Assembly: GCA_003483855.1 (NCBI GenBank)
Contig: DMXP01000006.1
Location: 24,280 to 88,279, forward strand
Direction of reading: 5' to 3'
DNA from: Candidatus Yonathbacteria bacterium
Lineage (GTDB): Bacteria; Patescibacteriota; Minisyncoccia; Phycocordibacterales; UBA1550
DNA length: 64,000 nt
Part shown: in pieces, positions 8,671-18,841 of the stretch
Numbering within the stretch: position 1 is the first letter of the stretch
Layout of the letters: each line of letters starts with the position of its first letter
Position numbers and translations under genes: made by a program
Notes under the pieces: generated by a model
Database searches by the model: none
The model's input: the letters and a program-made list of their open reading frames with translations, nothing else
What the model was told of the DNA's origin: nothing

Positions 8671-9018
8671 CTATTTATCTGAAAACAACTTATCAACAAT
8701 AAACGCTGTCGCTGAAACAACGAGAGAGCCTAGAAGCGCTGGAACAAAACCAGCGACATAAAATCCCTTCACGAATGAACCGACCCACCAAAAAAGTCCC
8801 GCGTTTACAACAAAAGAAAAGAGTCCGAGCGTGATGAGTGTAATCGGAAACGCGATAAGCAAAATAATTGGTCGCACTACTGCGTTTAAAATACCGAAAA
8901 AAGCCGCCACGAGCATCGCTGTGCCAAACGCATCCGATGCTATTTCTATTCCCGGCACGAATGAAGGGAGAGCCAAAATCACCAACGCCACTACAACCAA
9001 CTTTGTGATGAATTTCAT
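8671..9018 (-). CDS. DUF360/YvlD-like (holin family IV-like) membrane protein
   Basis: 115 aa, 3-4 TM, ...GILNAVVRPIILL... pattern. Confidence 0.5.
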   Translation of the reverse strand: MKFITKLVVVALVILALPSFVPGIEIASDAFGTAMLVAAFFGILNAVVRPIILLIAFPITLITLGLFSFVVNAGLFWWVGSFVKGFYVAGFVPALLGSLVVSATAFIVDKLFSDK

Positions 9019-9027
9019 AACTATAGT

Positions 9028-10002
9028 TTATGCGACTGCGTTCGGAGCTGTGCGACCTTCTAGAACTTCAATAATATTTGTCGCTACCATCTCCGCCATT
9101 TTTGTGCGCGTTTCTTCTGTCGCGGAAGCAAGATGAGGGTTCACAACAACATTCGGCAATGTTAAAAGCTCTTGAGTAACTTTTGGTTCAAATTCAAACA
9201 CATCAAGTCCTGCTCCGCGGATGGTGCCAGCTTTGAGAGCCTGAGCAAGGGCAACCTCGTCCACCACCGGTCCGCGAGATGTATTGATGAGAATTGCGCT
9301 CTTTTTCATAAGCGCAAGACGCTCTGCGTTGATGAGGTGGTGTGTCGACGGAAGAAGTGGCACATGAATACTCACAACATCTGCCTCCTTTAGAACCTCC
9401 TCGTGCCTAGAAAAATAACCAGCGTTGCATGAAGATTTTAGCGCGTCATTTTCCTTCATATCACAATAAATAACCTTCATGCCGAAGCCCTTGTGCAAAA
9501 TATTTGCCACTTCAAAACCAATGCGTCCTGCACCGATGAGACCGAGAGTTTTCCCTTTGATATCTGTACCGAGAAGTAGCATCGGCTCCCAGCCCACAAA
9601 TTTCCCTTCGCGAATTAATCTATCCCCTTCAGCAATACGAGAAGCAACGGTTAGTAGCAAGGCAACAGTGTGTTCTGCAACTGTGTCAGTGAGCACCTCG
9701 GGAGTGTTGGTTACCGCAATACCGCACTCGTGAGCCTTTGCTACATCTATATTATTATACCCTACCGCGTAATTCGCAATTATTTTTACAGATTCTGGCA
9801 TTGCGGAAATCATATCTGTGTCGATAGCGTCGGTAAGGAGCGATGCGACAGCGTCATACTCTTTTCCAGCAAGTACCTCCTTCAATTCATCACGCGTGAG
9901 CACTCCGTCTTTTTCGCTCACAGTCACTTCGTATCCTTTCTCTCTAAGCATCTCCTCCGCGCGCGCCGGAATGCGACGCGTCATAAATATCTTTTTTGTC
10001 AT
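9028..10002 (-). CDS. D-isomer-specific 2-hydroxyacid dehydrogenase (glycerate/hydroxypyruvate reductase-like)
   Basis: NAD-binding GLIGAGRIG and catalytic-domain motifs. Start chosen at MTKKIF (ATG at 10002); the ORF could extend to 10032. Confidence 0.8.
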   Translation of the reverse strand: MTKKIFMTRRIPARAEEMLREKGYEVTVSEKDGVLTRDELKEVLAGKEYDAVASLLTDAIDTDMISAMPESVKIIANYAVGYNNIDVAKAHECGIAVTNTPEVLTDTVAEHTVALLLTVASRIAEGDRLIREGKFVGWEPMLLLGTDIKGKTLGLIGAGRIGFEVANILHKGFGMKVIYCDMKENDALKSSCNAGYFSRHEEVLKEADVVSIHVPLLPSTHHLINAERLALMKKSAILINTSRGPVVDEVALAQALKAGTIRGAGLDVFEFEPKVTQELLTLPNVVVNPHLASATEETRTKMAEMVATNIIEVLEGRTAPNAVA

Positions 10003-10192
10003 ATGTACTAGTATTGTATCACGCTGACACATTGATGCACACTCTTGCGGGTTTACGTAAAATTTGGTATGGTTTGAAAATCAACACCCAGCCCCTTCTC
10101 TTTTTTGTTAGTGTTAAATTATAACACGCGAGACCAATCTCACAGAGCAGTCCATAACAAATATAGAATGAAGAAGCTGGGTTTCTTAAATA

Positions 10193-11434
10193 ATGATTGA
10201 GGTATTTTTCGACAGTATTCTTTATGTTTTCCTTTTTCTCACGCTATACCTTGAGGTGTTTTTTCTCATCACTTTTTTTGAGGAGCGCTTGAAACTCGCC
10301 GTAAAAAGCACGACTGACAAACTTTCGTACTACCCTTCCGTTACTATCATTGTCCCATGCTGGAACGAGGAAAAAACAGTCTCAAAAACAGTGCATTCTA
10401 TTCTTAAACTTAAATATCCAAAAAACAGACTGGAAATTTTTGTCGTGGACGACGGTTCTACCGACAATACATGGAAGGCCGTTCAGGAATTCGCTAACAA
10501 TCCTCAGGTAAAACTTTTCAAAAAAGAAAACGGTGGCAAACACACGGCGGTTAACCTCGGTATTGAAAACTCCACGAGCGAACTCATCGGATGTTTAGAC
10601 GCGGACTCGTTTGTTGAAAAGGACGCCTTGCGCGAAATAGCGACCGCTTTCAACGAGGATACAAAAATGATGGCAGGCATTCCTACAATCATTATTCACG
10701 AACCAAAAACGATCCTCCAAAAAATGCAAAAAACCGAGTACCACAATATCGCGTTTTTTAAACGCATGCTATCGCCTTTAGACGCAATACACGTCACGCC
10801 AGGACCATTTTCTTTTTTCAGAAGAGAAGTTTTTGAAAAAATAGGTCTCTTTAAAAAAGCGCATAATACTGAGGATATGGAGCTCGCGCTTCGCATGCAG
10901 TCAAACCATATGCGTATTAGAAACGTTCATACTGCGCGAGTTTACACAACTGCGCCAGAAAGCCTCCACAAGCTCTACCGTCAGCGACTTCGTTGGGCAT
11001 ATGGCGGAATGAAAAACACATTGGACTATCGCTTTATGCTTTTTCGTCGCGAGTACGGCATTTTGGGAATGATTACGCTTCCGCTTTCCTTATTTGCAGT
11101 TGTAATCTTTTTATACAATTTCAGCTTTGTTGCCTTTCACGCGATTAAAGCAATTGCAGAAAAGGCGACAGAAATCGGCACTGTTGGTTTTCTTTTTGCT
11201 ATCCCAACCACAAACCTTTTTTTCTTTAACACAGAGTTCATGGCAATACTTTCATACATATTCCTCGGGCTGGGATTAGTAATTATGTGGAATGGGGTAA
11301 AGTTGGCTGAGGGGCGTTTTCGCCCAAGTATGGGAATTCTTTACTTCATCGCGCTTTATGGTATTGTAGCGCCAATCTGGTTCACACGCGCCGTTGTGAA
11401 TGTCATATTCTCACGCGCAACTTCATGGCGTTAA
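10193..11434 (+). CDS. Processive family-2 glycosyltransferase (PgaC/IcaA/NodC-like)
   Basis: IIVPCWNEE...VVDDGSTDNT...NGGKHTAVN...DAD...QRLRWAYGG (QxxRW) with flanking TM helices. Confidence 0.8.
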   Translation: MIEVFFDSILYVFLFLTLYLEVFFLITFFEERLKLAVKSTTDKLSYYPSVTIIVPCWNEEKTVSKTVHSILKLKYPKNRLEIFVVDDGSTDNTWKAVQEFANNPQVKLFKKENGGKHTAVNLGIENSTSELIGCLDADSFVEKDALREIATAFNEDTKMMAGIPTIIIHEPKTILQKMQKTEYHNIAFFKRMLSPLDAIHVTPGPFSFFRREVFEKIGLFKKAHNTEDMELALRMQSNHMRIRNVHTARVYTTAPESLHKLYRQRLRWAYGGMKNTLDYRFMLFRREYGILGMITLPLSLFAVVIFLYNFSFVAFHAIKAIAEKATEIGTVGFLFAIPTTNLFFFNTEFMAILSYIFLGLGLVIMWNGVKLAEGRFRPSMGILYFIALYGIVAPIWFTRAVVNVIFSRATSWR

Positions 11435-11440
11435 ACCATT

Positions 11441-12160
11441 ATGAAAAACATCCGCGCTCAAATAGAAACTAAAAAATATGTGTTTGCTTTTGTTATTACT
11501 GCAGTTGTGTTTTTCAGCGCGCTTTTAATAAGCAATATTTTTTCACAAAACCGCATCGCGGAAGTTAAATCCATTGAGGACAAAATAGCTATGGACATCC
11601 TTTCTTCAGAAACACAATTTGCCCTTCTGAAAGAGTCATCGTGCAAATCAATAGACCACGGCGGTACAGCGTTTTCTGAAGAACTCGGCATATTGGCGGC
11701 ACGGTTGTCATATATGGAGGAAAAGCATGGTGACAACGACGAGGAGGTTATAGGACTCAAAAAATACTACTCGCTCCTTCAAATCAAGGATTATCTATTA
11801 GTGGAGCAGGTCAGGCAAAAATGCGGAGTAAAACCTCTTACAATTATTTACTTCTATTCAAATCTTGGCGACTGCGAGGACTGCAAGCGTGAGGGGTATG
11901 TTTTGAACAAGCTTCGCGATGAATTCCCAGAGCTTCGCGTGTACTCTTTTGACTACAACCTAGACCTATCCGCGATAAAAACAATGAAGTCAATTCATGG
12001 CATAAAAAACACTCTCCCCGCACTCGTCATTTGGGATGAAAATTACTATGGGTTCAAGAGCGCGGAAGATATTGAAAATATAATCCCACAGCTCAAACGC
12101 ATTCGCGCGGAACGCGAAAAAGAAGAAGCGACAAAGTCTGCAACGAGTTCAAAGAAATAA
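11441..12160 (+). CDS. Membrane-anchored hypothetical protein, tightly coupled to the GT2
   Basis: N-terminal TM helix and a CEDC dicysteine. Start lies 7 nt after the GT2 stop. Confidence 0.5.
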   Translation: MKNIRAQIETKKYVFAFVITAVVFFSALLISNIFSQNRIAEVKSIEDKIAMDILSSETQFALLKESSCKSIDHGGTAFSEELGILAARLSYMEEKHGDNDEEVIGLKKYYSLLQIKDYLLVEQVRQKCGVKPLTIIYFYSNLGDCEDCKREGYVLNKLRDEFPELRVYSFDYNLDLSAIKTMKSIHGIKNTLPALVIWDENYYGFKSAEDIENIIPQLKRIRAEREKEEATKSATSSKK

Positions 12161-12162
12161 CC

Positions 12163-12196
12163 GCCAAGCACCATTACTGGTGCTCGACGGTTATTG
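12163..12196. terminator. Hairpin terminator between convergent genes
   Basis: agcacca-ttac-tggtgct hairpin with flanking complementarity, between the convergent 12160 and 12211 ends. Confidence 0.45.
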
Positions 12197-12210
12197 ATTA
12201 GAATGTGTCT

Positions 12211-12696
12211 CTATTCCTCTGGAGCAAAAATGTCGCGCAGTGGCACAGGAACCAAAGGGAGCAAATCTTCCAGCACAAACCACTCACTGCTTTTCGCAAG
12301 TGGTGTAAGGCCGATGCATTTCGGGCATTTAAGCAATGTTTCGCGATCCACAAGACGCCAACTGCCGAGAGTAGAATCCTCTTTACAGTACTCGCACTGG
12401 AGGACCCCACGCCTCACGACGTCTCCAATCTCCTGTCTGATCCTCACAACTTTTGTGTCGGACGCAAGAGTTTTGCAACAATGCATATCAGAATGATCCG
12501 CTGAAGCGTTTCTGTATGCGATTTCTTTATGAAGTTTAATTGCTAAACCATTTTTTTCATCGCAAATTAGGCCAACTACATCCATCAGTGAAAGTGGCAA
12601 ATTGCTTTTCATATCGTTCTCCTTTGTTCTTGAATGGGAAATTCCAATGGGGATACTACCACCGCGGAGCAAAAAAAGCAAAAGGTCCGAGAGCAC
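12211..12696 (-). CDS. Hypothetical zinc-ribbon protein (possible DUF177/YceD-like)
   Basis: CEYC...CPKC with a C-terminal DLLPLVPVPL, reminiscent of YceD. Start is uncertain (an internal Met at 12612 is possible). Confidence 0.35.
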   Translation of the reverse strand: MLSDLLLFLLRGGSIPIGISHSRTKENDMKSNLPLSLMDVVGLICDEKNGLAIKLHKEIAYRNASADHSDMHCCKTLASDTKVVRIRQEIGDVVRRGVLQCEYCKEDSTLGSWRLVDRETLLKCPKCIGLTPLAKSSEWFVLEDLLPLVPVPLRDIFAPEE

Positions 12697-12764
12697 AAGT
12701 CACTGGTGCTAGACGTATTCTTGTTCACAAATCCTCCATACTAAACTGTTCTAAGAACAGCAAA

Positions 12765-12818
12765 AATCACCTATAGCCGTATCTGATACTATAGTATCAG
12801 ATACGGCTATAGGTGATT
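12765..12818. repeat. Perfect 54-bp palindrome centred on TATA
   Basis: aatcacctatagccgtatctgatac-tata-gtatcagatacggctataggtgatt; 25-bp arms with no mismatch. Confidence 0.85.
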
Positions 12819-12827
12819 AAAATAAAA

Positions 12828-12868
12828 AATAAAAAGGTGCCGACACATTGTCGGCACCTTTTTATTTT
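12828..12868 (-). terminator. Bidirectional Rho-independent terminator
   Basis: ggtgccgaca-cat-tgtcggcacc stem with an A-run upstream and a T-run downstream. It is 28 bp past the stop of the 12896 gene. Confidence 0.7.
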
Positions 12869-12895
12869 AAATATTCCCCATTCCCCATTCTACCA

Positions 12896-13420
12896 CTACG
12901 CTCCCCTCTCAATGAGTTCCATAAACGCAAGAATTTCTCCTGTGTATGTTGGAACAACAGAGTTGTTGTAATGATGAAGAATCTCCGTTGTGGTAGCGCC
13001 CTTGTAGTATTGCTCCGTATTAGGATTCTTACCACCAAGGTTCATGCCAACAGTCTCAATTGCAGAATCATAATTCTTGAACTTAATCTTGCATGACCCC
13101 CAACCAAACGGATTGTTGTAACAATCAAACTTTCCACCCGTAGACTCCTTGATTGCAATTGCCGGGAGCAAACGCCAGTCAAGATTATTTTCCTCCGCTA
13201 CTTTCACAAACTTCGCGCCGTAGCCCTCAAGAGGCATTCCGCGCTTCGCAAAGTAGGCGTCAACCTTCTTTGCGCGGTCATCATTGGCTGATGCATAGAA
13301 CGACTGAGCGATGTTTTTTAGCGAAAAATTAGTATTGAATGTCGCTAACGGCGAGCCACTTGTTGCCAAAAATGGCATAAGCACCAAACCGCGCACAAAT
13401 TGTATTGTTTGTTTTTTCAT
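12896..13420 (-). CDS. Secreted lysozyme-like/glucosaminidase-domain protein (putative peptidoglycan hydrolase)
   Basis: N-terminal signal-like segment. ...LLPAIAIKESTGG...NNPFGWG resembles the glucosaminidase/SLT fold. Confidence 0.45.
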   Translation of the reverse strand: MKKQTIQFVRGLVLMPFLATSGSPLATFNTNFSLKNIAQSFYASANDDRAKKVDAYFAKRGMPLEGYGAKFVKVAEENNLDWRLLPAIAIKESTGGKFDCYNNPFGWGSCKIKFKNYDSAIETVGMNLGGKNPNTEQYYKGATTTEILHHYNNSVVPTYTGEILAFMELIERGA

Positions 13421-13791
13421 AAAGTGACGGTATGTGCTCCGTCAACACCGTATCTGCGACAGTCCTAACAAAAAAGCACCTAACTAAAGGTGCATTTGAG
13501 CCTGACTGAAGATAAATCAAGTGTAGCATATCAGACCGAAAAAGTCAAGGATTTTTGTTGGGTTTTGATGCATTTCTTGAAACAAAATTGCTAAAATAGC
13601 CTTATTTTTCAATGGTTTTTACACAATACGCTTTACGACCTGTCAAACCTGTTTTTTCGTTATTTTTCTGCTTGCCTGCGCAAATTAAGGAGTGCCTTGG
13701 CGCGACTATAATTTGCGCGTGCAAAACACAAGGAGCCCCTAGCGACTATGTGCTTGCCTTTTAAAAAGTAGGAAATTTTACAAGCCCATGG

Positions 13792-16254
13792 CTAGCTCCC
13801 GTGGCACTTTTTGTACTTCTTGCCACTTCCGCACGGACATGGGTCATTCCTGCCGATTTTGTCGGAATGAATTGGCTCTGCGGTTTTCTCAGCCTCTTCC
13901 CCACCGCCTATTTCAATTGCATGCTTCACCACTTCGCGCGCCTTTTCCTCCTCCTTTACGAATGCTCCGGCGCCGATAGCTGGCACAAGGCGGAGAATTT
14001 CATTCTGCACGGATTCTTTCATTTCTCGGAAAAGGCGAAGTCCTTCTTTTTTGTATTCTACAAGGGGGTCACGCTGTCCGTACGCGCGGAGGTTCACAGA
14101 CGATTTCAAATATTCCATCGCGTCTAGGTGTTCCATCCACATCATATCCACGACCTGCAAAATCAAACGCTTCACAGCGTTGTAAAATTCCGCCTCACCA
14201 AGTCCAGCAACTTTTTCCGCAATATTATTTTCAAGAGCAGTGTCTCCAGCGACAATCTCCTCAAGATATGTTTTCGCGGAGTCCGTCCCACCCATTAAAA
14301 TTTCGCGACGCATTCCGTACACATACGCGCGCTGTTTGGTCATCACGTCGTCATACGAAAGCACGTGCTTGCGAGAATCAAAATGAAATCCTTCAATTTT
14401 TTCCTGCGCGGTTTCAAGCGAACGAGAAATCATTTTGTTTTGTATTGCCTCGTCCTCGGGGATGCCAAGCTTGCCCATCATGTTTTTTACCACGTCTGAA
14501 GCGAAGACGCGCATCAAACTGTCCTCCATTGATACGAAAAATTGCGTCTCACCTGGATCGCCTTGGCGTCCCGCGCGACCGCGAAGCTGGTTGTCTATAC
14601 GGCGCGCTTCGTGTCGCTCGGTTCCAAGCACAAAAAGTCCGCCGAGGGATTTTATTTCCTCGTAAAGCTCGGGAGTGCTTGGGTTTCCACCGAGTTTGAT
14701 ATCCACACCGCGACCTGCCATGTTTGTAGCGATGACCACGCTTCCTTTACGACCTGCCTGCGCGATAATTTCGCCCTCGCGTTCGTGGTTTTTTGCGTTC
14801 AAAACCTCGTGTGGCACGCCCTCATTCTTCAAATATTCCGAAAGAAGCTCGTTTTTTTCAATAGACACCGTACCGATGAGCACCGGCTGACCTTTTTCGT
14901 TGAGCTCCTTTACCTTGCGCGCGATTGCCTTGAACTTTCCGTTTTCGGTCTGGAAAATATGGTCCGTGCGGTCTATTCGGGAAACTTTGCGATTTGTAGG
15001 TATTGGAGTTACTTCAAGACCGTACACTTTGTAGAACTCCTCGCTTGATGTTTCGGCGGTTCCGGTCATTCCTGCAAGCTTGCCGTACAGACGAAAGTAA
15101 TTTTGGAATGTTATGGACGCGAAAGTGCGAGATTCTTGCTGGATTTTCACGCCTTCCTTTGCCTCCACCGCTTGATGAAGCCCCTCTGACCAGCGACGCC
15201 CGGGTTGCATGCGTCCTGTAAACTCGTCCACGATAATCACCTCGCCTTCTCGCACCACGTATTCCTTGTCGCGAATAAAAAGCGCCTGCGCGCGAACTGC
15301 GGTTTCCAAATGATGCACGTATTTCACTCCACGCTCTGTGTAAATATTATCAATACCCAAAATTTCTTCAGCTCTGTTGATTCCCTCGTCTGTAAGCTGA
15401 ATAGCTTTTAGTTTTTCATCCACAGTATAGTGCTCTGGAGATTTCAATTTTCCCGCAATGCCAGCAAAAACGGCGTACAAATTTTCCGCATCGCCAGACG
15501 GCGCGGAAATAATGAGCGGTGTACGCGCCTCATCTATTAAAATAGAGTCAATCTCGTCCACGATTGCAAAGTGGTAATCGCGTTGAGCGAGATCGGCGGT
15601 GTTGTACGCGACATTGTCACGAAGATAATCAAAACCGTACTCGTTGTTTGTGCCGTATGTGATGTCCGCGCGATATGCTTCTTGCTTTCCGCATGGACGC
15701 ATAAACTCATGAATGACTTTGAATGACCCAACTTCATCACGCTCCTCATCCTTGTCTTTGTGATTCGGATCGTAGAGATACGACGCGCTATGGTTGAGCA
15801 CCCCCACAGAAAGTCCAAGGAATGAATATATCTGCCCCATCCATGTCGCGTCGCGACGGGAGAGGTAGTCGTTGACCGTGACAACATGCACCCCTTTTCC
15901 TGGGAGCGCGTTTAGATACGCAGGAAGTGTCGCGACAAGAGTTTTTCCTTCGCCAGTCATCATCTCGGCAATTTTCCCCTGATGAAGGGCGATACCTCCC
16001 AAAAGTTGCACATCATAGTGTCGCTGACCAAGTGTTCGGCGAGACGCCTCGCGCACCACGGCAAAAGCCTCTGGGAGGATATCGTCCAAAAGCACGCCTG
16101 ACGCCAAGCGCGAGCGAAATTCCTCTGTTTTTGCGCAGAGCTCCTGGTCGGAGATCGCTTGGAGCGCTGGCTCAAAATCGTTGATTTTCTTCACAAGTGG
16201 CGCGTTTTTACCCGCTGGCCCGCTTCCGGCAAAGATATTTTTCAGAAATGACAT
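13792..16254 (-). CDS. secA: Preprotein translocase ATPase SecA
   Basis: 820 aa with DEAD-motor motifs and the C-terminal zinc-binding [14 protein letters not shown]. Confidence 0.92.
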   Translation of the reverse strand: MSFLKNIFAGSGPAGKNAPLVKKINDFEPALQAISDQELCAKTEEFRSRLASGVLLDDILPEAFAVVREASRRTLGQRHYDVQLLGGIALHQGKIAEMMTGEGKTLVATLPAYLNALPGKGVHVVTVNDYLSRRDATWMGQIYSFLGLSVGVLNHSASYLYDPNHKDKDEERDEVGSFKVIHEFMRPCGKQEAYRADITYGTNNEYGFDYLRDNVAYNTADLAQRDYHFAIVDEIDSILIDEARTPLIISAPSGDAENLYAVFAGIAGKLKSPEHYTVDEKLKAIQLTDEGINRAEEILGIDNIYTERGVKYVHHLETAVRAQALFIRDKEYVVREGEVIIVDEFTGRMQPGRRWSEGLHQAVEAKEGVKIQQESRTFASITFQNYFRLYGKLAGMTGTAETSSEEFYKVYGLEVTPIPTNRKVSRIDRTDHIFQTENGKFKAIARKVKELNEKGQPVLIGTVSIEKNELLSEYLKNEGVPHEVLNAKNHEREGEIIAQAGRKGSVVIATNMAGRGVDIKLGGNPSTPELYEEIKSLGGLFVLGTERHEARRIDNQLRGRAGRQGDPGETQFFVSMEDSLMRVFASDVVKNMMGKLGIPEDEAIQNKMISRSLETAQEKIEGFHFDSRKHVLSYDDVMTKQRAYVYGMRREILMGGTDSAKTYLEEIVAGDTALENNIAEKVAGLGEAEFYNAVKRLILQVVDMMWMEHLDAMEYLKSSVNLRAYGQRDPLVEYKKEGLRLFREMKESVQNEILRLVPAIGAGAFVKEEEKAREVVKHAIEIGGGEEAEKTAEPIHSDKIGRNDPCPCGSGKKYKKCHGS

Positions 16255-16361
16255 TTAGACACTTTAGCATAAAATCCCCTCCATCTAAAGGGGCGGCTGG
16301 TCGTGGCACTTGGAGGTTGAACCTCCAAGTTGTTTTGGGCAAGATCACCTGCCCCAAAATC

Positions 16362-16398
16362 AAAAATCCCCCCAATTAAAATAATCGGGGGGATTTTT
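16362..16398 (-). terminator. Rho-independent terminator (C6/G6 stem)
   Basis: aaaaatcccccc-aattaaaataatc-gggggg-atttttgg, downstream of the small Lys-rich ORF. Confidence 0.55.
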
Positions 16399-16410
16399 GG
16401 GAAGCGCAAT

Positions 16411-16497
16411 TTACTTACGCTTTGCAGTCTTCTTTTTTGCTGCCTTTTTTGCTGTCTTCTTCTTTGCTACTTTCTTAGCCTTTTTCTTTGCTGCCAT
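16411..16497 (-). CDS. Putative small lysine-rich basic protein (28 aa, MAAKKKAKKVAKKKTAKKAAKKKTAKRK)
   Basis: Short ORF below the track cutoff. It has its own downstream terminator and lies between murB and secA on the coding strand. Function unknown (histone-like or ribosome-associated style). Confidence 0.35.
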   Translation of the reverse strand: MAAKKKAKKVAKKKTAKKAAKKKTAKRK

Positions 16498-16776
16498 TTT
16501 TTTATGTAATGTTTTGAGAAACACGAATGCGTCTCATAACAATGTATGCAAATTATTATCTTCAACAATGTTCGACCTGATGCAAAAATATTTTTCGCAT
16601 CACGTACAATTGTTGGATCATCGTCGTGTGAAATTTCTTTCACACACTGTACAGTGATCTACTAATATTATCTCGCATACAAAATTCATTCGCAATGCAT
16701 TTTGAAATTAAACTGTGGATAACTTTTTTTCTTTTTGTTGAGCTAAAAATTTTCTAAAACATATTTTAGAAAATTT

Positions 16777-17781
16777 TTACATCATCACAACTTCCTCCTC
16801 AAGCATCACTCCTGTTTTTTTCTTGATGTCATTTTTTATTTCGCGCGCTAGCGATAGCATCTCTTCTGCGCTCGCGTTTCCATAGTTCACCAAGATAAGC
16901 GCTTGCTTCTCGTGCACTCCTGCGTCTCCACGACGCGTGCCACGCCATTTGCCTACGTGGTCAATGAGCCATGCGGCGGAAAGCTTATATGTATTATCGC
17001 CCTGATCATATGCCTTTATTTCAGGAAACTCGTTTTTAAGAGAATTGTATTTTTGCGCGCTTACAACTGGATTTTTGAAAAATGAACCTGCGGTGCCTAC
17101 TGGTGGCGCTGGCATTTTTTTCGTTCGTATAGCAACAATCGCTTCGCGTATTTGGCTTAGCGTAGGCTCGCTGATTTCATTATCTTCAAAATATTTTTTT
17201 ACATCCTCGTAGTCCGTGTGTGGTGTGCTGTGTTGCGCGAGCTCAAAAGTAGCGCTCAGAACAATTAAATTTTTATTTTTTTTAAATATGCTTTCGCGGT
17301 AGCCAAACTCGCATTCATCGCGATGAAAAATTTTAATTTCGTTTTTTTTAATATCAAACGCTTCCACGGAAAAAATTGTCTCTTTTGCTTCAACTCCGTA
17401 TGCGCCGATATTTTGAACTACGGCTCCTCCAACCGTGCCTGGAATAATAGAAAGATTTTCAATCCCCCGCAAGTTGCGCGACACAGCATCACGCACAACG
17501 TCGTCCCACATCTCCCCCGCACTCGCGGTAACACGATTATCTTTGTATGCAATTCCCTTGATCTCAATTTTAATTACAAGTCCGGAAAATCCATCGCCCG
17601 AAACGAGAGTGTTTGAACCGCCTCCTAGAATAAATATTTGGAGCGATTTTTCGCGAGCAAAAATTATCGCTTCATTCAAATCATCAACGTCATTGACGCG
17701 CGCAAAAAAACGCGCATTGCCTCCAACACGCATTGTTGTGAATGGCGCAAGTTTTATATTCTCCTCAATATGAATATTCAT
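16777..17781 (-). CDS. murB: UDP-N-acetylenolpyruvoylglucosamine reductase
   Basis: FAD-binding N-terminus ...LAPFTTMRVGGNARFF...ILGGGSN...; 334 aa. Confidence 0.88.
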   Translation of the reverse strand: MNIHIEENIKLAPFTTMRVGGNARFFARVNDVDDLNEAIIFAREKSLQIFILGGGSNTLVSGDGFSGLVIKIEIKGIAYKDNRVTASAGEMWDDVVRDAVSRNLRGIENLSIIPGTVGGAVVQNIGAYGVEAKETIFSVEAFDIKKNEIKIFHRDECEFGYRESIFKKNKNLIVLSATFELAQHSTPHTDYEDVKKYFEDNEISEPTLSQIREAIVAIRTKKMPAPPVGTAGSFFKNPVVSAQKYNSLKNEFPEIKAYDQGDNTYKLSAAWLIDHVGKWRGTRRGDAGVHEKQALILVNYGNASAEEMLSLAREIKNDIKKKTGVMLEEEVVMM

Positions 17782-17810
17782 AAGTTTTGATAACTATAAC
17801 ACAAGCAAAC

Positions 17811-17842
17811 CTAGGGCGAGTCGTTTACGACTCGCCCTAGGT
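17811..17842. terminator. Perfect 14-bp-stem hairpin (terminator-like) upstream of murB
   Basis: cctagggcgagtcg-ttta-cgactcgccctagg, followed by T-rich sequence on both strands. Confidence 0.45.
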
Positions 17843-18078
17843 TTTCTCCTGTACTCTTTTGGCTAGCGAGTGCGAACTCCAACAAATGTCTAATATGTGA
17901 GTGCTTCGCTAGCCAAAGGAAAACAGGAGTTACTTGTATATTGTATTGTACGAAATCTTAGACAAAAATACCACCCGCCAAAATTCGGAATTAGCAAATT
18001 CTGAATCACCAGATTCACGGCTCGGCCGCAGAATCTTGGACATAAACTTTTATTCAGAAAATTTAATCGGGCAAGCAC

Positions 18079-18107
18079 AAAAAGCCCCGCTTTCGCGGGG
18101 TTTTTTG
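18079..18107 (-). terminator. Rho-independent terminator after the AbiEii-like gene
   Basis: aaaaagccccgc-tttc-gcgggg-tttttt. Confidence 0.65.
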
Positions 18108-18196
18108 TAGACTTTCGTTGGATGAATCACAGAGGAAGTTTCCTTCCCAGCACTCACATGACACAAGTGTAGCAGAAAACGAATTAAAAGTCAAAT

Positions 18197-18841
18197 TTAG
18201 ACACCTGATGTCAATTTTACCTGCCTTGTAACTTCCTCAACAACGCTTTTAATGACACCCGTGACATTCTTATTTTTAAAATTATCAGCTATTTCCAGCG
18301 GTATCTTTTGGACTGAATCTACTGCGGACAATGCAACTACCCAGCTCATAATGTCTTGCTCTGGATAAACTTCTTGCCACCACGATATCCATGAACGAAC
18401 ATCTGCCTCTTTTGCAAGGCAAGCAAGGTCAAAGTAGTCTTTATACTCCTCTCTTCCACATACAGCAACAAGTTTCATTACGGTTATATCTTTGATGCCT
18501 GCAAAACGAAAGGAATCCGCTGGTTGTGGCGTTTCCAAAAGCGTGTCAAACCGAGATATGAATGATACTTTCACACCGTCAATCACGCACCACAACGTAT
18601 CCTTTGTTTCAAAAAGAATTTCCACGGTGGTTTTTGAAAAAATTTCAGCTAGCTTGTTTTTTAAAGCAAACGTTTCAATTGGTTTCGCTATAAAATAATC
18701 TAAGTCTACACTTTTGCGATGACCAAGCTGAAGCGCAAGCGCTGTTCCTCCTGCAAGGTAATACTCTGGATCAAGATTTTCAAATACAACACGCGAAACA
18801 GAACGCATTGCCTCAGTAATTGTTTCTTGATGAATGTTCAT
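18197..18841 (-). CDS. AbiEii/AbiGii-family nucleotidyltransferase toxin (DUF1814)
   Basis: N-terminal LAGGTALALQLGHRKSVDLDYF matches the GG[ST]AL...R.S.D[IL]D motifs of type IV TA AbiEii toxins. Confidence 0.6.
   Translation of the reverse strand: MNIHQETITEAMRSVSRVVFENLDPEYYLAGGTALALQLGHRKSVDLDYFIAKPIETFALKNKLAEIFSKTTVEILFETKDTLWCVIDGVKVSFISRFDTLLETPQPADSFRFAGIKDITVMKLVAVCGREEYKDYFDLACLAKEADVRSWISWWQEVYPEQDIMSWVVALSAVDSVQKIPLEIADNFKNKNVTGVIKSVVEEVTRQVKLTSGV

Noticed and set aside
14268-15048. Multiple plus-strand ORFs (143, 168 aa) within secA
   Set aside because: SecA on the minus strand is unambiguous, so these are shadow frames.
17890-18078. 62-aa minus-strand ORF in the murB-AbiEii spacer
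   Set aside because: It overlaps hairpin-rich non-coding sequence and has no start context or coding-like composition. The region is better explained as structured non-coding DNA/RNA.
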